64,000 nucleotides of DNA from Smithella sp. (GCA_018056685.1 JAGPFC010000001.1:132178-196177), one strand, 5' to 3'; counted from the first letter of the stretch, positions 29,629 through 39,471 are shown. Numbers and translations are program-made. Notes: generated by a model from the sequence alone, not told the origin.

Positions 29629-31080
29629 ATGGCATTAAAAACCGCTGAACAATATGAAGAAAGCCTGCGCAAAATGAATTTAAAAGTCTATCTGCTGGGG
29701 GAACTGGTAAAAAATCCGGTGGATGATCCAATCATCAGACCGTCCATGAATTCCGTCAAGATGACTTATGAGCTGGCTCAAAATCCCGAACACGAAGACC
29801 TGATGACGGCAAAATCTCATTTGTCCGGCGAAAGAATCAACCGTTTCTGCCATCTGCATCAGAGCACTGAGGACTTGATCAGAAAAGTGAAAATGCAACG
29901 CTTGCTGGGACAGGAAACAGCTTCCTGTTTTCAGCGCTGTGTCGGGATGGATGCGATGAATGCCGTGGACAGCGTCACGTTTGAAATGGATAAAAAACTG
30001 GGCACACAATATCATGAACGCTTTATCAGATTTCTTAAAATGGTGCAGGAAGAGGATCTGGTTGTGGATGGCGCCATGACCGATCCCAAGGGTGACCGCA
30101 GTCTTCCCCCGAGCAAACAGGCAGACCCTGATTTATACACCCGTGTTGTGGAAAGAAGAAAAGACGGCATTATTGTGCGCGGGGCCAAGGCACATCAAAC
30201 AGGGGCCGTCAACTCACACTGGATTCTGGCGATGCCGACCATTGCCATGACTAAAGACGATGCCGATTACGCGATATCTTTTGCCGCGCCCGCCGATGCG
30301 GAAGGTATTTCTTACATCTACGGAAGGCAGTCCTGCGACACGCGCAAACTCGAGGGCGGCCAGATCGATGTTGGCAATTATCGGTTTGGCGGACACGAAG
30401 CTTTGATGGTGTTTGATAATTTATTTGTCCCCTGGGAAAATGTCTTCATGTGCGGAGAATACGATTTCAGCGGTCTGCTGGTGGAACGTTTTGCCGGTTA
30501 TCATCGCCAGAGCTACGGCGGCTGCAAGGTCGGCGTTGGCGACGTCCTCATCGGCGCGGCGGCACTGGCGGCCGATTACAACGGCGTGTCCAAAGCGTCT
30601 CACGTCAAAGACAAACTGATTGAGATGATTCATCTCAATGAAACGCTTTTTTCCTGCGGCATTGCCTGTTCGGCGCAGGGGCACAAGACAGCGTCGGGAA
30701 CGTATCTGATTGATTTGCTGCTGGCCAACGTCTGCAAACAAAACGTCACCCGGTTTCCTTATGAGATCGCCCGGCTGGCTGAAGATATTGCCGGCGGATT
30801 GATGGTCACGATGGCTTCGGAAAAGGATTTGCGTCATCCCGAGATCGGTAAAATCGTTGAAAAATATTTCAAGGGAATCGCCGCCGTGCCCGCGGAAAAC
30901 CGCTGCCGTGTTTTGAGACTGGTGGAAAATATCACCTTAGGCACGGCCGCCGTCGGCTACCGCACGGAATCCATGCATGGCGCAGGGTCACCGCAGGCCC
31001 AGCGTATTATGATTTCCCGCCAGGGCAATCTGGAGCACAAAAAGAAACTGGCCAAAGCAATTGCCGGTATAAAAGAGTAA
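29629..31080 (+). CDS. abfD: 4-hydroxybutyryl-CoA dehydratase / vinylacetyl-CoA isomerase family protein
   Basis: 483 aa; N-terminus MALKTAEQYEESLR..., CFQRCVG Fe-S ligand block, HpaB-like fold colinearity. Confidence 0.75.
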   Translation: MALKTAEQYEESLRKMNLKVYLLGELVKNPVDDPIIRPSMNSVKMTYELAQNPEHEDLMTAKSHLSGERINRFCHLHQSTEDLIRKVKMQRLLGQETASCFQRCVGMDAMNAVDSVTFEMDKKLGTQYHERFIRFLKMVQEEDLVVDGAMTDPKGDRSLPPSKQADPDLYTRVVERRKDGIIVRGAKAHQTGAVNSHWILAMPTIAMTKDDADYAISFAAPADAEGISYIYGRQSCDTRKLEGGQIDVGNYRFGGHEALMVFDNLFVPWENVFMCGEYDFSGLLVERFAGYHRQSYGGCKVGVGDVLIGAAALAADYNGVSKASHVKDKLIEMIHLNETLFSCGIACSAQGHKTASGTYLIDLLLANVCKQNVTRFPYEIARLAEDIAGGLMVTMASEKDLRHPEIGKIVEKYFKGIAAVPAENRCRVLRLVENITLGTAAVGYRTESMHGAGSPQAQRIMISRQGNLEHKKKLAKAIAGIKE

Positions 31081-31243
31081 ATGAATTGTTGTTTCCCCTC
31101 GAAATCTTATGAACTATTCGGACACATAATCAAATACTGGCTATTGACAGTGGGAAAAAGTTTGGATAGAAGCGTCGCAAAGTTGCGGCAGAGAGTCGAC
31201 GTGACGATCAAGGCATGATCTGAGAAAACATAAAGGAGAATAG

Positions 31244-31564
31244 ATGATGAAACAAAAGCAATTAAAGAGTTGTATGGTAGTCGTACTTTTATTGGCTACT
31301 TTTATGATTATCGGATGCGGTCAGGGGGATATATCAGGAACGTACCAGCTAGAAAATAATCCTGGCAAAGAATTGATATTATATAACAATGGGAAAGGTT
31401 TATTGTATACAACTCAATTTGACTATTCTGTAAATGAAGATACGATTACCGTTACTTCTTTAGAAGGAAAAACTGAAGGAAAGCTATCCAGAAAAACTAT
31501 CACCTTTGACTCCAGCAAGGATATGTTTGCTTCTTTGTTTACGGGCACATGGAAGAAGAAGTAA
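31244..31564 (+). CDS. small lipoprotein, unknown function
   Basis: 106 aa; lipobox FMIIGCG; SD aaaggaga. Confidence 0.5.
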   Translation: MMKQKQLKSCMVVVLLLATFMIIGCGQGDISGTYQLENNPGKELILYNNGKGLLYTTQFDYSVNEDTITVTSLEGKTEGKLSRKTITFDSSKDMFASLFTGTWKKK

Positions 31565-31655
31565 TTCCTGCCACATCGAGAGATGGATGAAAACATATAA
31601 AAAATCTGGCGGATGCAAAATATCCGCCTTTTGAATTATAAAAGGGAAATGATCC

Positions 31656-32561
31656 ATGCAGAGGAAAACTCCGGCAAAGGCATTTTTTGTATTATCAATT
31701 TTTCTGCTGATCTCTTTGTTGTGGAACAATATTCTGTTGGCTTCAACGGGAACAAGCAAGGACGGAACCATTAACTTATTCTCTTCGACCGGCAAAATAC
31801 CCAAGGAACTCAATGCCTGCCTGAGACAAGGTCATGAATATTGTAAAAATCATGATTATCGACAAGCGATAAACCAGTATCATCAATGCATTCAAATATA
31901 TCCCCAAGGTTATGCAGCCTATTATTCGCGGGGGATGGCCTATTTTATGTTGGGCGATTATAAAAAAGCGAAAAATGATCTCGATAATGCGATTAAATTG
32001 AATCCCCAATATGCTTCCGCTTACGTTACACGGGGAGATATTCACAACAGTCTCGGCAATGATAAGCAGGCCATTACAGATTATTCGATGGCTTTAGAAA
32101 TGGGCTCCCGGGATGCGACATCCTATGTGAGGCGGGGAAACAGCTACGAAAGAATCGGCAAATATGATGCGGCGATAAAAGATTATACTCAAGGCATTAA
32201 AATAAAACCTGACTATACGGATGCTTATTATAATCGGGGCATTGTCTATCTGAAAACAGGCGGCTACGCTGCGGCCATAAAAGATTTTACAAAGGTCATT
32301 GAGCTCAATCCGCAAAATGCGGATGCTTATTATAACCGTGGGAACGCCAACCATGAAATCGGCAATATCATGAATGCAGCCAAAGATTTCAGCCGGGCTA
32401 TAGAATTGAAGCCCAATTTTGACAATGCTTATTACAAAAGGGGCCTGGCTAAAACCGCTTTAGGTTTCAGTGAAGAAGCAATAAAAGATTATCGCTCAGC
32501 CGCAAAACTGGGCCATCAAGCATCACAGGATCTTCTCAAGAAACAAAGGCTTGGCTGGTAA
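31656..32561 (+). CDS. secreted TPR-repeat protein
   Basis: 301 aa; signal peptide, about 7 TPR units (AYYNRG...A..D....I.L.P). Confidence 0.75.
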   Translation: MQRKTPAKAFFVLSIFLLISLLWNNILLASTGTSKDGTINLFSSTGKIPKELNACLRQGHEYCKNHDYRQAINQYHQCIQIYPQGYAAYYSRGMAYFMLGDYKKAKNDLDNAIKLNPQYASAYVTRGDIHNSLGNDKQAITDYSMALEMGSRDATSYVRRGNSYERIGKYDAAIKDYTQGIKIKPDYTDAYYNRGIVYLKTGGYAAAIKDFTKVIELNPQNADAYYNRGNANHEIGNIMNAAKDFSRAIELKPNFDNAYYKRGLAKTALGFSEEAIKDYRSAAKLGHQASQDLLKKQRLGW

Positions 32562-32696
32562 TAAAAGAGCGACCTGCATTTTTATTTCCAGAAATTCGGG
32601 GAACAAAAAAAGAAACCGGCTAAAGAAATCGCCGGCATTAAAGACTGCACATTCCGTCCGCTGGATGCTGGAAAGTTTTTTTTCTCCGCGTGTGGA

Positions 32697-33131
32697 TTAC
32701 GTCAGTTGTTCAAAATAAGCGTCCGTCACATTGTCCAACAGCTGTAAGGAGGTCGCTTTAATAACGACAATCCGGGCGTCGGGATTATTGAAGAAATCCT
32801 TCAAGTCGGGATGTTTGCGAATCAGGATATTCCGAATCGCGGCAATCCTTTCTTCGTTTTCAACGGCCTGAAAAACGCCTGTGACCGTCAGGGCCCTGGT
32901 ATGGCCTTTCGGGTCCGCGTCTCTTGTATCCATCAGCAGGCTGACGCTGGGATTGGCGATGAGATTGCGGTATTTCTTCGTGTCTTTCAGTGTGGCCATG
33001 TATATTTCACCGCAGTCCCCGTCCGTCGCATACGACATCAGAGAGCAGTGTGGGGCACCGTCCGCGACAGTGGCCATAACACATACTCGATTCTCTAAAA
33101 TCATTTTTTGAATATCGCCGCGCATACCCAT
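32697..33131 (-). CDS. pyridoxamine 5'-phosphate oxidase-family (general stress protein 26-like) protein
   Basis: 144-aa split-barrel pattern; family call by eye. Confidence 0.6.
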   Translation of the reverse strand: MGMRGDIQKMILENRVCVMATVADGAPHCSLMSYATDGDCGEIYMATLKDTKKYRNLIANPSVSLLMDTRDADPKGHTRALTVTGVFQAVENEERIAAIRNILIRKHPDLKDFFNNPDARIVVIKATSLQLLDNVTDAYFEQLT

Positions 33132-33252
33132 TACTCCTTCAGGATAATTTTTGAGGCGATTCTAACACAAATTTATTCAAAAATGAGAAGAGTTTTTGTC
33201 TGTTGGATGATGTTGTTAAACCGTGATGAATGGGCTGTTCTGTTAATAATCT

Positions 33253-33284
33253 AAGAGGCGTCCTCGGTAAAAAGGACGCCTCTT
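33253..33284. terminator. hairpin downstream of hydrolase A (aagaggcgtcc/ggacgcctctt)
   Basis: 11-bp stem; the T run lies on the plus-strand side; related in sequence to the hairpin at 35171-35195. Confidence 0.5.
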
Positions 33285-33313
33285 TTTCATTGGAATCCGT
33301 ATTGAAACGGATG

Positions 33314-34861
33314 TTATTCATCAACTCGCGATGCCGGCGTGGAAATATTTGCCGGATTGGCCGGCAGAGCATCAACCGCTTTCAACCAATCACCTAACTG
33401 CTGGTAGATCGTGTTTGGCATTCTGTGGCCCAATACCATATCAAAATGGCCGGTATTGTTGAGAACATACCACTCATCGAAAGCAGTGGGAGATTTTTTC
33501 GATATAATGGTATTGTATGTTGTCTCCGGGCTTACCAGTGATCCAGCAGTTGAAGAGAAAACAATCATGGGTACGGTCATTTGTGACATATTTTCGCTGA
33601 AGTAGTAATACTTATCATTGCCGGGATCGGGTGTGGAACCTCCCGCAATCAGCTTGGATAAATAGTTTTCTGATCCGTTTAAATAATGTTCACGAAGGGT
33701 GTTGTGTATACCCATATCCAGGTAATGACCCAATGCGCGTAAGGAAGTACCAGAGACACCGTAACGTACAGTCCAATCCTCCATGCAGGGATCCATATCC
33801 TCTACCAACCAGAAATTCAAATAGTCGAAGAAGTCGCTCACCTTGGAATCTCCCGCGGCCGCCTTGTTGATCATTCCAAATACACCTTCCAGAATACCGA
33901 CCAAAGGTTTACTCGGGAGCAGGGGGATAAAAGTATCGGAAATTTCATCAAGAGGTAACCAGAGTCTGGCGCCTACCAGTGTCCAAAATACGGGTGAATC
34001 CAGAAGATCAGGTAATGGCGGCACACCGGCGGGATCAAGACCGATAAAGCCCTTGATGTCGGCGTTCCTGGTTTTGGCAAGAGCTGCGCTGCCTTTGACA
34101 TGCGGCATGATTCCCAAAGCGTAGTTTAACTGATAATAGGATTTTTTGGCCCATGCCGTATTAATACTGCCGTAATCTAAATAGGCGCCCTGCAGGTAGT
34201 CATAGGAAGCCAAGCCTCCCGTGCTGTGACCGCCGATGAACATTCTTTTGCCTGTCACCGCTTTGACCTTGGCAATGGCCGCGGGAGCATCCAGTGTGGC
34301 CCAGGTATCCAGTGTCGTCATGCCGTTGGGATTGGCTGCCGTGCTTTTGATTGCACCACGACCCGTACCCCGGAAATTCACAAACCATGGATCAAAGCCC
34401 TGGAGCCAGAGATAATGGGCCAGGCTGTAATAACGCATCTTGTCAGCCTTAATGTATGGTTCATAGTCTGTTTTCGTTTCATTTAACACCCAGTCCGGAG
34501 CGACGGCAACATCAGGAATGTCAACACCGCTGTAAGCATCCTTCATTTCAGGCGGGGTAACGGCAAGGAACTCGTTCATGTTCAGGCAAATCGATGTAAA
34601 GAGCAGTATAGGAGTGCCGCTCGTTCGGAATTTAGGCGTTCCGGTCGTATAAGGCGCGTAGCGATACAAAAAGATCTTGCTGCCGTCATCGGCGAGCGTG
34701 CTGTAGATGCCGCTGGCGTTTAAAGGAATGTTTGCCGCTTGGCTTGCTGCCGGAGCCGTCATGATTCCCATGACCGCAAGCATCATTACAATGAGAAGGT
34801 TTCTGCAAAAAAACATTTTACCCCATGAGCGCCTGTCCCTATATTGAGTCACTTGCTTCAT
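33314..34861 (-). CDS. secreted alpha/beta hydrolase, acid-lipase-like (paralogue A)
   Basis: 515 aa; signal peptide ending ASQA|A, DGSKIFLYRYAP block, NFRGTG, nucleophile elbow GGHSTGG, SD aggagg. Confidence 0.75.
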   Translation of the reverse strand: MKQVTQYRDRRSWGKMFFCRNLLIVMMLAVMGIMTAPAASQAANIPLNASGIYSTLADDGSKIFLYRYAPYTTGTPKFRTSGTPILLFTSICLNMNEFLAVTPPEMKDAYSGVDIPDVAVAPDWVLNETKTDYEPYIKADKMRYYSLAHYLWLQGFDPWFVNFRGTGRGAIKSTAANPNGMTTLDTWATLDAPAAIAKVKAVTGKRMFIGGHSTGGLASYDYLQGAYLDYGSINTAWAKKSYYQLNYALGIMPHVKGSAALAKTRNADIKGFIGLDPAGVPPLPDLLDSPVFWTLVGARLWLPLDEISDTFIPLLPSKPLVGILEGVFGMINKAAAGDSKVSDFFDYLNFWLVEDMDPCMEDWTVRYGVSGTSLRALGHYLDMGIHNTLREHYLNGSENYLSKLIAGGSTPDPGNDKYYYFSENMSQMTVPMIVFSSTAGSLVSPETTYNTIISKKSPTAFDEWYVLNNTGHFDMVLGHRMPNTIYQQLGDWLKAVDALPANPANISTPASRVDE

Positions 34862-34924
34862 CCCTGTTCCTCCTGATTTTGAAGTTCAATTTTATTGTAT
34901 TTTTGTTTAATGGAGTTAATAAAG

Positions 34925-34939
34925 GCATGAAGTGTGCCA
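34925..34939 (-). promoter_or_regulatory. sigma-54 promoter of hydrolase A (TGGCAC-acttc-ATGC)
   Basis: Reverse complement reads cTGGCACacttcATGCc, about 65 nt upstream of the ATG; an EBP gene is adjacent. Confidence 0.6.
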
Positions 34940-35068
34940 GATTTAATCAGAGGATCTTGCTATATTTTAAGTACCTAATAATAAAGCATAAATCTATATT
35001 CGAATAAATAAAAGCAATACATGAGAGGCATTGTGCCCTATTTTCTTGACGATTACTGATAAGGAAGG

Positions 35069-35105
35069 GGCATATTGGGTCTAAATTTGGAGGCATTATT
35101 GGTCT
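35069..35105. promoter_or_regulatory. two near-direct repeats GGCATATTGGGTCT / GGCATTATTGGTCT, candidate upstream activator sites for promoter A
   Basis: Read directly, 130-165 bp upstream of the -24 element; the function is inference. Confidence 0.25.
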
Positions 35106-35170
35106 TTAGATATTCACGAATTCCGAAGATGCTTATACATCCAAGCCTAACACTTAATCATCTGAAAGAA

Positions 35171-35195
35171 AGGCGCCCCAGGTAACAGGGCGCCT
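35171..35195 (-). terminator. hairpin downstream of hydrolase B (aggcgccc/gggcgcct)
   Basis: 8-bp GC stem, 40 nt after the stop. Confidence 0.5.
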
Positions 35196-35235
35196 CTTCG
35201 TGTAAATCAATATCTTAGATAATCAAGAACGGAAG

Positions 35236-36780
35236 TTATTCATCAACTCGCGATGCTGGCGTGGAAATATTTGCCGGATTGGCCGGCAGAGCATCCACCG
35301 ATTTGAGCCAATCGCCCAGCTGCGGGAAGACCTTCGTCGGCATTCTGTTGCCCATCGCCAGATCGAAATGTCCGGTGCCGCCGAGAACATACCACTTGTC
35401 GTAAGCCGTGGCGGACTTTTTCGATATGATGAAGTCGAAAGTCGCCTCCGGGTCCACCAGGGAGCCCGCGCTTGACGAGAAAACGATCAACGGCACGGTC
35501 ATTTGTGACATATTTTCGCTAAAGTAGTAATACTTATCATTGCCGGGATCGGGTGTGGAACCTCCCGCAATCAGCTTGGATAAATAGTTTTCTGATCCGT
35601 TTAAATAATGTTCACGAAGGGTTCTGTGCAAACCCATGTCCATATAGTGGCCGAAACCGCGTAAAGAAGCGCCGCCAACGCTGTAGCGCACAGTCCAATC
35701 CTCCAGGCAGGGATCCATATCCTCTACCACCCAGAAATTCAAATAGTCGAAGAAGTCGCTCACCTTGGAATCTCCCGCGGCCGCCTTGTTAATCATTCCA
35801 AATACGCCTTCCAGTAAACCGACCAGCGGTTTTTGCGGAAACAACGAGATCAAATTATCTGAAATGCTATCCAGCGGCAGATATAATCTGGCACCGACAA
35901 GTGTCCAAAAGAAGGTGGAGTCCAGAAGATCCGGCAGTGCCGGTACGCCGGCAGGATCAAGACCGATAAAGCCCTTGATGTCGGCGTTCCTGGTTTTGGC
36001 AAGAGCTGCGCTGCCTTTGACATGCGGCATAATTCCCAGGGCGTAGTTTAACTGATAATAGGATTTTTTCGCCCACGCCGTATTAATACTGCCGTAATCC
36101 AAATAGGCGCCCTGCAGGTAGTCATAGGAAGCCAAACCTCCTGTACTGTGGCCGCCGATGAACATCTTTTTGCCTGTCACCGCTTTGACCTTGGCAATGG
36201 CCGCGGGAGCATCCAGCGTGGCCCAGGTATCCAGTGTCGTCATGCCGTTGGGATTGGCTGCCGTGCTTTTGACTTCACCACGACCTGTGCCCCGGTAATT
36301 CACAAACCACGGATCAAAGCCCTGGAGCCAGAGATAATGGGCCAGGCTGTAATAACGCATCTTGTCAGCCTTAATGTATGGTTCATAGTCTGTTTTTGTC
36401 TCATTCAGCGCCCAGTCCGGAGCGTCGGCAACGCTAGGGAGGTAAACACCGCTGTAGGCATCCTTCATTTCGGGCGTGGTGACGGAAAGGTACTGGTTCA
36501 TGTTCATGCAAATGCCTGTAAAGATCACCACCGGTGTGCCGCTTGTACGGAATTTAGGCGTTCCGGTCGTATAAGGCGCGTAGCGATACAAAAAGATCTT
36601 GCTGCCGTCATCAGCGATTGTGTTGTAGATGCCGCCGGGGTTCAACGGCACGCCTGCGGCCTGGCTCACTTCCGGTTTTGCAACCATTCCCAAAGCCACA
36701 AGCATAACCATGAACAGACTTGTGCAAAAAGTTGACTTACACCCTGAACGCACCTTCTTAAGCCAAGTTACTTTTCCCAT
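35236..36780 (-). CDS. secreted alpha/beta hydrolase, acid-lipase-like (paralogue B)
   Basis: 514 aa; signal peptide ending VSQA|A, same GGHSTGG core and identical C-terminal 20 aa as paralogue A, SD ggggaggg. Confidence 0.75.
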   Translation of the reverse strand: MGKVTWLKKVRSGCKSTFCTSLFMVMLVALGMVAKPEVSQAAGVPLNPGGIYNTIADDGSKIFLYRYAPYTTGTPKFRTSGTPVVIFTGICMNMNQYLSVTTPEMKDAYSGVYLPSVADAPDWALNETKTDYEPYIKADKMRYYSLAHYLWLQGFDPWFVNYRGTGRGEVKSTAANPNGMTTLDTWATLDAPAAIAKVKAVTGKKMFIGGHSTGGLASYDYLQGAYLDYGSINTAWAKKSYYQLNYALGIMPHVKGSAALAKTRNADIKGFIGLDPAGVPALPDLLDSTFFWTLVGARLYLPLDSISDNLISLFPQKPLVGLLEGVFGMINKAAAGDSKVSDFFDYLNFWVVEDMDPCLEDWTVRYSVGGASLRGFGHYMDMGLHRTLREHYLNGSENYLSKLIAGGSTPDPGNDKYYYFSENMSQMTVPLIVFSSSAGSLVDPEATFDFIISKKSATAYDKWYVLGGTGHFDLAMGNRMPTKVFPQLGDWLKSVDALPANPANISTPASRVDE

Positions 36781-36860
36781 CTATCCCTCCCCTGAATTTA
36801 TTAAAATGCTTCTAGAAACGTTTTTTCGATTTTTTTGAAATGTGAGTTGTAAAAATGTGA

Positions 36861-36875
36861 GCATTAAATATGCCA
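36861..36875 (-). promoter_or_regulatory. sigma-54 promoter of hydrolase B (TGGCAT-attta-ATGC)
   Basis: Reverse complement reads gTGGCATatttaATGCt, about 80 nt upstream of the ATG. Confidence 0.55.
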
Positions 36876-36960
36876 CTTTATGAATAATGATGGATGTTCA
36901 TTACAAGTATATGATATAATGGAGGTTAATTATATATCGAATTGAAAAAGTCAAATTATG

Positions 36961-36986
36961 GAAATGGGGCATAAAAACCCCATTTC
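36961..36986. promoter_or_regulatory. inverted repeat GAAATGGGG-N8-CCCCATTTC (candidate EBP site for promoter B, or terminator of the regulator gene)
   Basis: 9-bp perfect arms, 86-111 bp upstream of the -24 element and 90 bp after the regulator stop. Confidence 0.3.
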
Positions 36987-37075
36987 ATCATGGGTTGTTC
37001 GTTAATAATATTTATTATCAATATGTTAATAGTATCGAGTGTTTGTTGCCCCAGATTTGGGGTCATTTTACCCTT

Positions 37076-39370
37076 TTAAGATTTACTCAGGCCGAATTTT
37101 TGCATTTTGACAAAGAGTGTTTTGCGGTTAATGCCCAGAACAGCGGCAGTACGGGCGCGATGCCAGTTATTCTCCGACAACACCTTCAATATATGATCTC
37201 TTTCCAGTTCATTTAATTTCTTTTCCAAATGCATATTGGCAGATCGAAGGGATTGCTCTGGAACAAAAGATATTGTGTCGGAGGGGAAACCTGACGTGAA
37301 CGGTTTTTTTCTGTTTTGCAAGAGCTTTTCTGTTTGATCCTGCTTTGCTGTCGGAGCGCCGGCAAAATCCAGCCTTTTTAATGTCAGATAACGGTGCAGC
37401 ACATTTTGAAGCTCCCGGATATTCCCCGGCCAGTCATAATTCATCAACGCTTCGACGATATTTCCCGGCAGAGGAGGATGGTTTTTGTCGTAGAGATGAA
37501 GGAAGTGATCCACCAGAAGCGGTAAATCCTCTTTCCTTTCCCTGAGTGGCGGAAGATAAATGGGCAGGATATGGATACGGTAGAAAAAGTCCTCCCGCAT
37601 CACTCCCCGCTTGACCAGATCACGCAAATGTTTGTTTGTCGCGGCGATGATCCGGACATCGGCATGCTTGATGATGTTGCTGCCAACAGGCGTGTACCCG
37701 TCCCCGGCAATAGCCCGTAAAAGCTTGACCTGCATATTGGTTCCGATTTCGCCCACTTCGTCAAGGAACAGTGTCCCGCCATCGGCCGTATCGAGGTAAC
37801 CACTTTTATCCATGCCGGCGCCCGTAAAAGCTCCTTTCTTGTAACCGAAAAATTCGCTTTCCATAAGCGTTTCCGGAATGGCGCCGCAATTGACGGTAAC
37901 AAATTCTTTCTTGCTTCTCTCACTGGTCTGGTGAATGGCTCTGGCCACCAACTCTTTGCCCGTGCCGGACTCTCCGTAAATGATGACATTGGCCTGGGTT
38001 GCTACAGCCTGAAGAATAAACTCGTAAATGTCCTGCATGGCCCGGCTCTTGCCGATAATGTCGCAGAACCGGTAGCGCTCACGAATGGACGAACGCAAGC
38101 GGATATTTTCCTTTTGCAGGTGCGCCTGGTTTTCCAGAAGGGCAAGTTCGGCCTGCTTCCGGGCGGTAATATCCGTAAACGATGCAACAAACTGACCCGC
38201 ATGCGGAATGCGTCCGATCCGAATCAGAACGTCAAATTTCTTTCCTTCCCGGTGGGCAATCTGACATTCATATTCGACCGGCTTGTCTCCTTTACGTCGC
38301 GAAAAGCACTGCATAAGTGTATTGTAATCTTCCGAAATGATAAAGTCCGTAAACTTCATCCTGCCTTCGATTTCATTTTTTTCATATCCGGACATTTCCA
38401 CAAAACGGTCATTGACCATGAAGATCAGCAGGGAATCTTCGAGAATCATCATGGGAAGCCCTGCATTCTCGAAGACACTGCGATACCTTTCTTCACTTTT
38501 TTTCAGAGACGTTTCCATATGTTTACGTTCGGTAACATCTCTGCCGACCCCCAGGATGGAGACAGCTTTTCCGTTTTCGTCTCTGATAAAACTGCATCGG
38601 ACTTCTTCCCATACAATCCGTCCGTCTTTGCAACGCATTTCAAGTTCAACCGAACGGTCTAAGATATTGTCCAGTGAATCCATGTCTATAGGCGTTACCT
38701 CTTCCACCAGCCCCATGACTCTCTCCATGGTTTCCGGCAGAAGGATTTTATCCCAGGCGATATTGTTTAATTCTTCTAAAGAGTATCCCCATAATTTTTC
38801 GATGGTCGGGCTGGCGTAGAAGATTTTGAAATTGAAATCCATCAGCCAGATTTGATCTTTCATATGGTCAGCCAGAAGACGGTATTGAGCTTCTCGTTGC
38901 CAGAGCAATTCCTGGGCCTTTTTGTGTTCGGTGATGTCGTGAATAATGCCTCGGAATCCGATCGGCTTGCCGGATAAATCTTTAATCAACGACGCTGAAC
39001 CTTCCACATATTTTCTGGTGCCGTCTTTCCTGAGGGCCTGCCAAATGGCCTCTTTAACCGGTTTTCCGGTTTTGAAAACGCCGGCAAATGTTTTGAAAAG
39101 CAGTTTTGCATTCTTTTTATCTGTATACTGCCTGTAATTCATGCCCATTAATTCTTCTTTGGAATAGTCATAAAGACTGGCCATGGCATTATTAAGAAAG
39201 GTAAAGTTACCGGCCAAATCCACTTCAAAATATCCTTCCTGCATGTTTTCTAGAATATTTTGATATTTTTCTTCACTTTTATGGAGCATTTCCCGGTTCG
39301 CTTTGTTTCCCTGGATTTTGCCTGGAGAATCGGTTTTTTTACGCGCGTCGTTATTTTTTCTCATGTCCAT
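37076..39370 (-). CDS. sigma-54-dependent transcriptional regulator with multiple PAS sensor domains (Fis-type HTH)
   Basis: 764 aa; 3-4 PAS blocks, Walker A GESGTGKE, GAFTGA, Walker B LFLDEVGE, C-terminal HTH AAVLGINRKTLFVKMQKFGL. Confidence 0.9.
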   Translation of the reverse strand: MDMRKNNDARKKTDSPGKIQGNKANREMLHKSEEKYQNILENMQEGYFEVDLAGNFTFLNNAMASLYDYSKEELMGMNYRQYTDKKNAKLLFKTFAGVFKTGKPVKEAIWQALRKDGTRKYVEGSASLIKDLSGKPIGFRGIIHDITEHKKAQELLWQREAQYRLLADHMKDQIWLMDFNFKIFYASPTIEKLWGYSLEELNNIAWDKILLPETMERVMGLVEEVTPIDMDSLDNILDRSVELEMRCKDGRIVWEEVRCSFIRDENGKAVSILGVGRDVTERKHMETSLKKSEERYRSVFENAGLPMMILEDSLLIFMVNDRFVEMSGYEKNEIEGRMKFTDFIISEDYNTLMQCFSRRKGDKPVEYECQIAHREGKKFDVLIRIGRIPHAGQFVASFTDITARKQAELALLENQAHLQKENIRLRSSIRERYRFCDIIGKSRAMQDIYEFILQAVATQANVIIYGESGTGKELVARAIHQTSERSKKEFVTVNCGAIPETLMESEFFGYKKGAFTGAGMDKSGYLDTADGGTLFLDEVGEIGTNMQVKLLRAIAGDGYTPVGSNIIKHADVRIIAATNKHLRDLVKRGVMREDFFYRIHILPIYLPPLRERKEDLPLLVDHFLHLYDKNHPPLPGNIVEALMNYDWPGNIRELQNVLHRYLTLKRLDFAGAPTAKQDQTEKLLQNRKKPFTSGFPSDTISFVPEQSLRSANMHLEKKLNELERDHILKVLSENNWHRARTAAVLGINRKTLFVKMQKFGLSKS

Positions 39371-39442
39371 TTTCTTGATCGATACGTGCTCAATGGTGAT
39401 CGACTGTCTTTCTTTTAAGAAGGATTATGCTGATCGCCGGTG

Positions 39443-39471
39443 AATATATGAAGAAAGAATTTTTGTGTCAA
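39443..39471 (-). promoter_or_regulatory. sigma-70 promoter of the EBP gene (TTGACA-17-TATATT)
   Basis: Reverse complement reads TTGACA caaaaattctttcttca TATATT. Confidence 0.55.
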
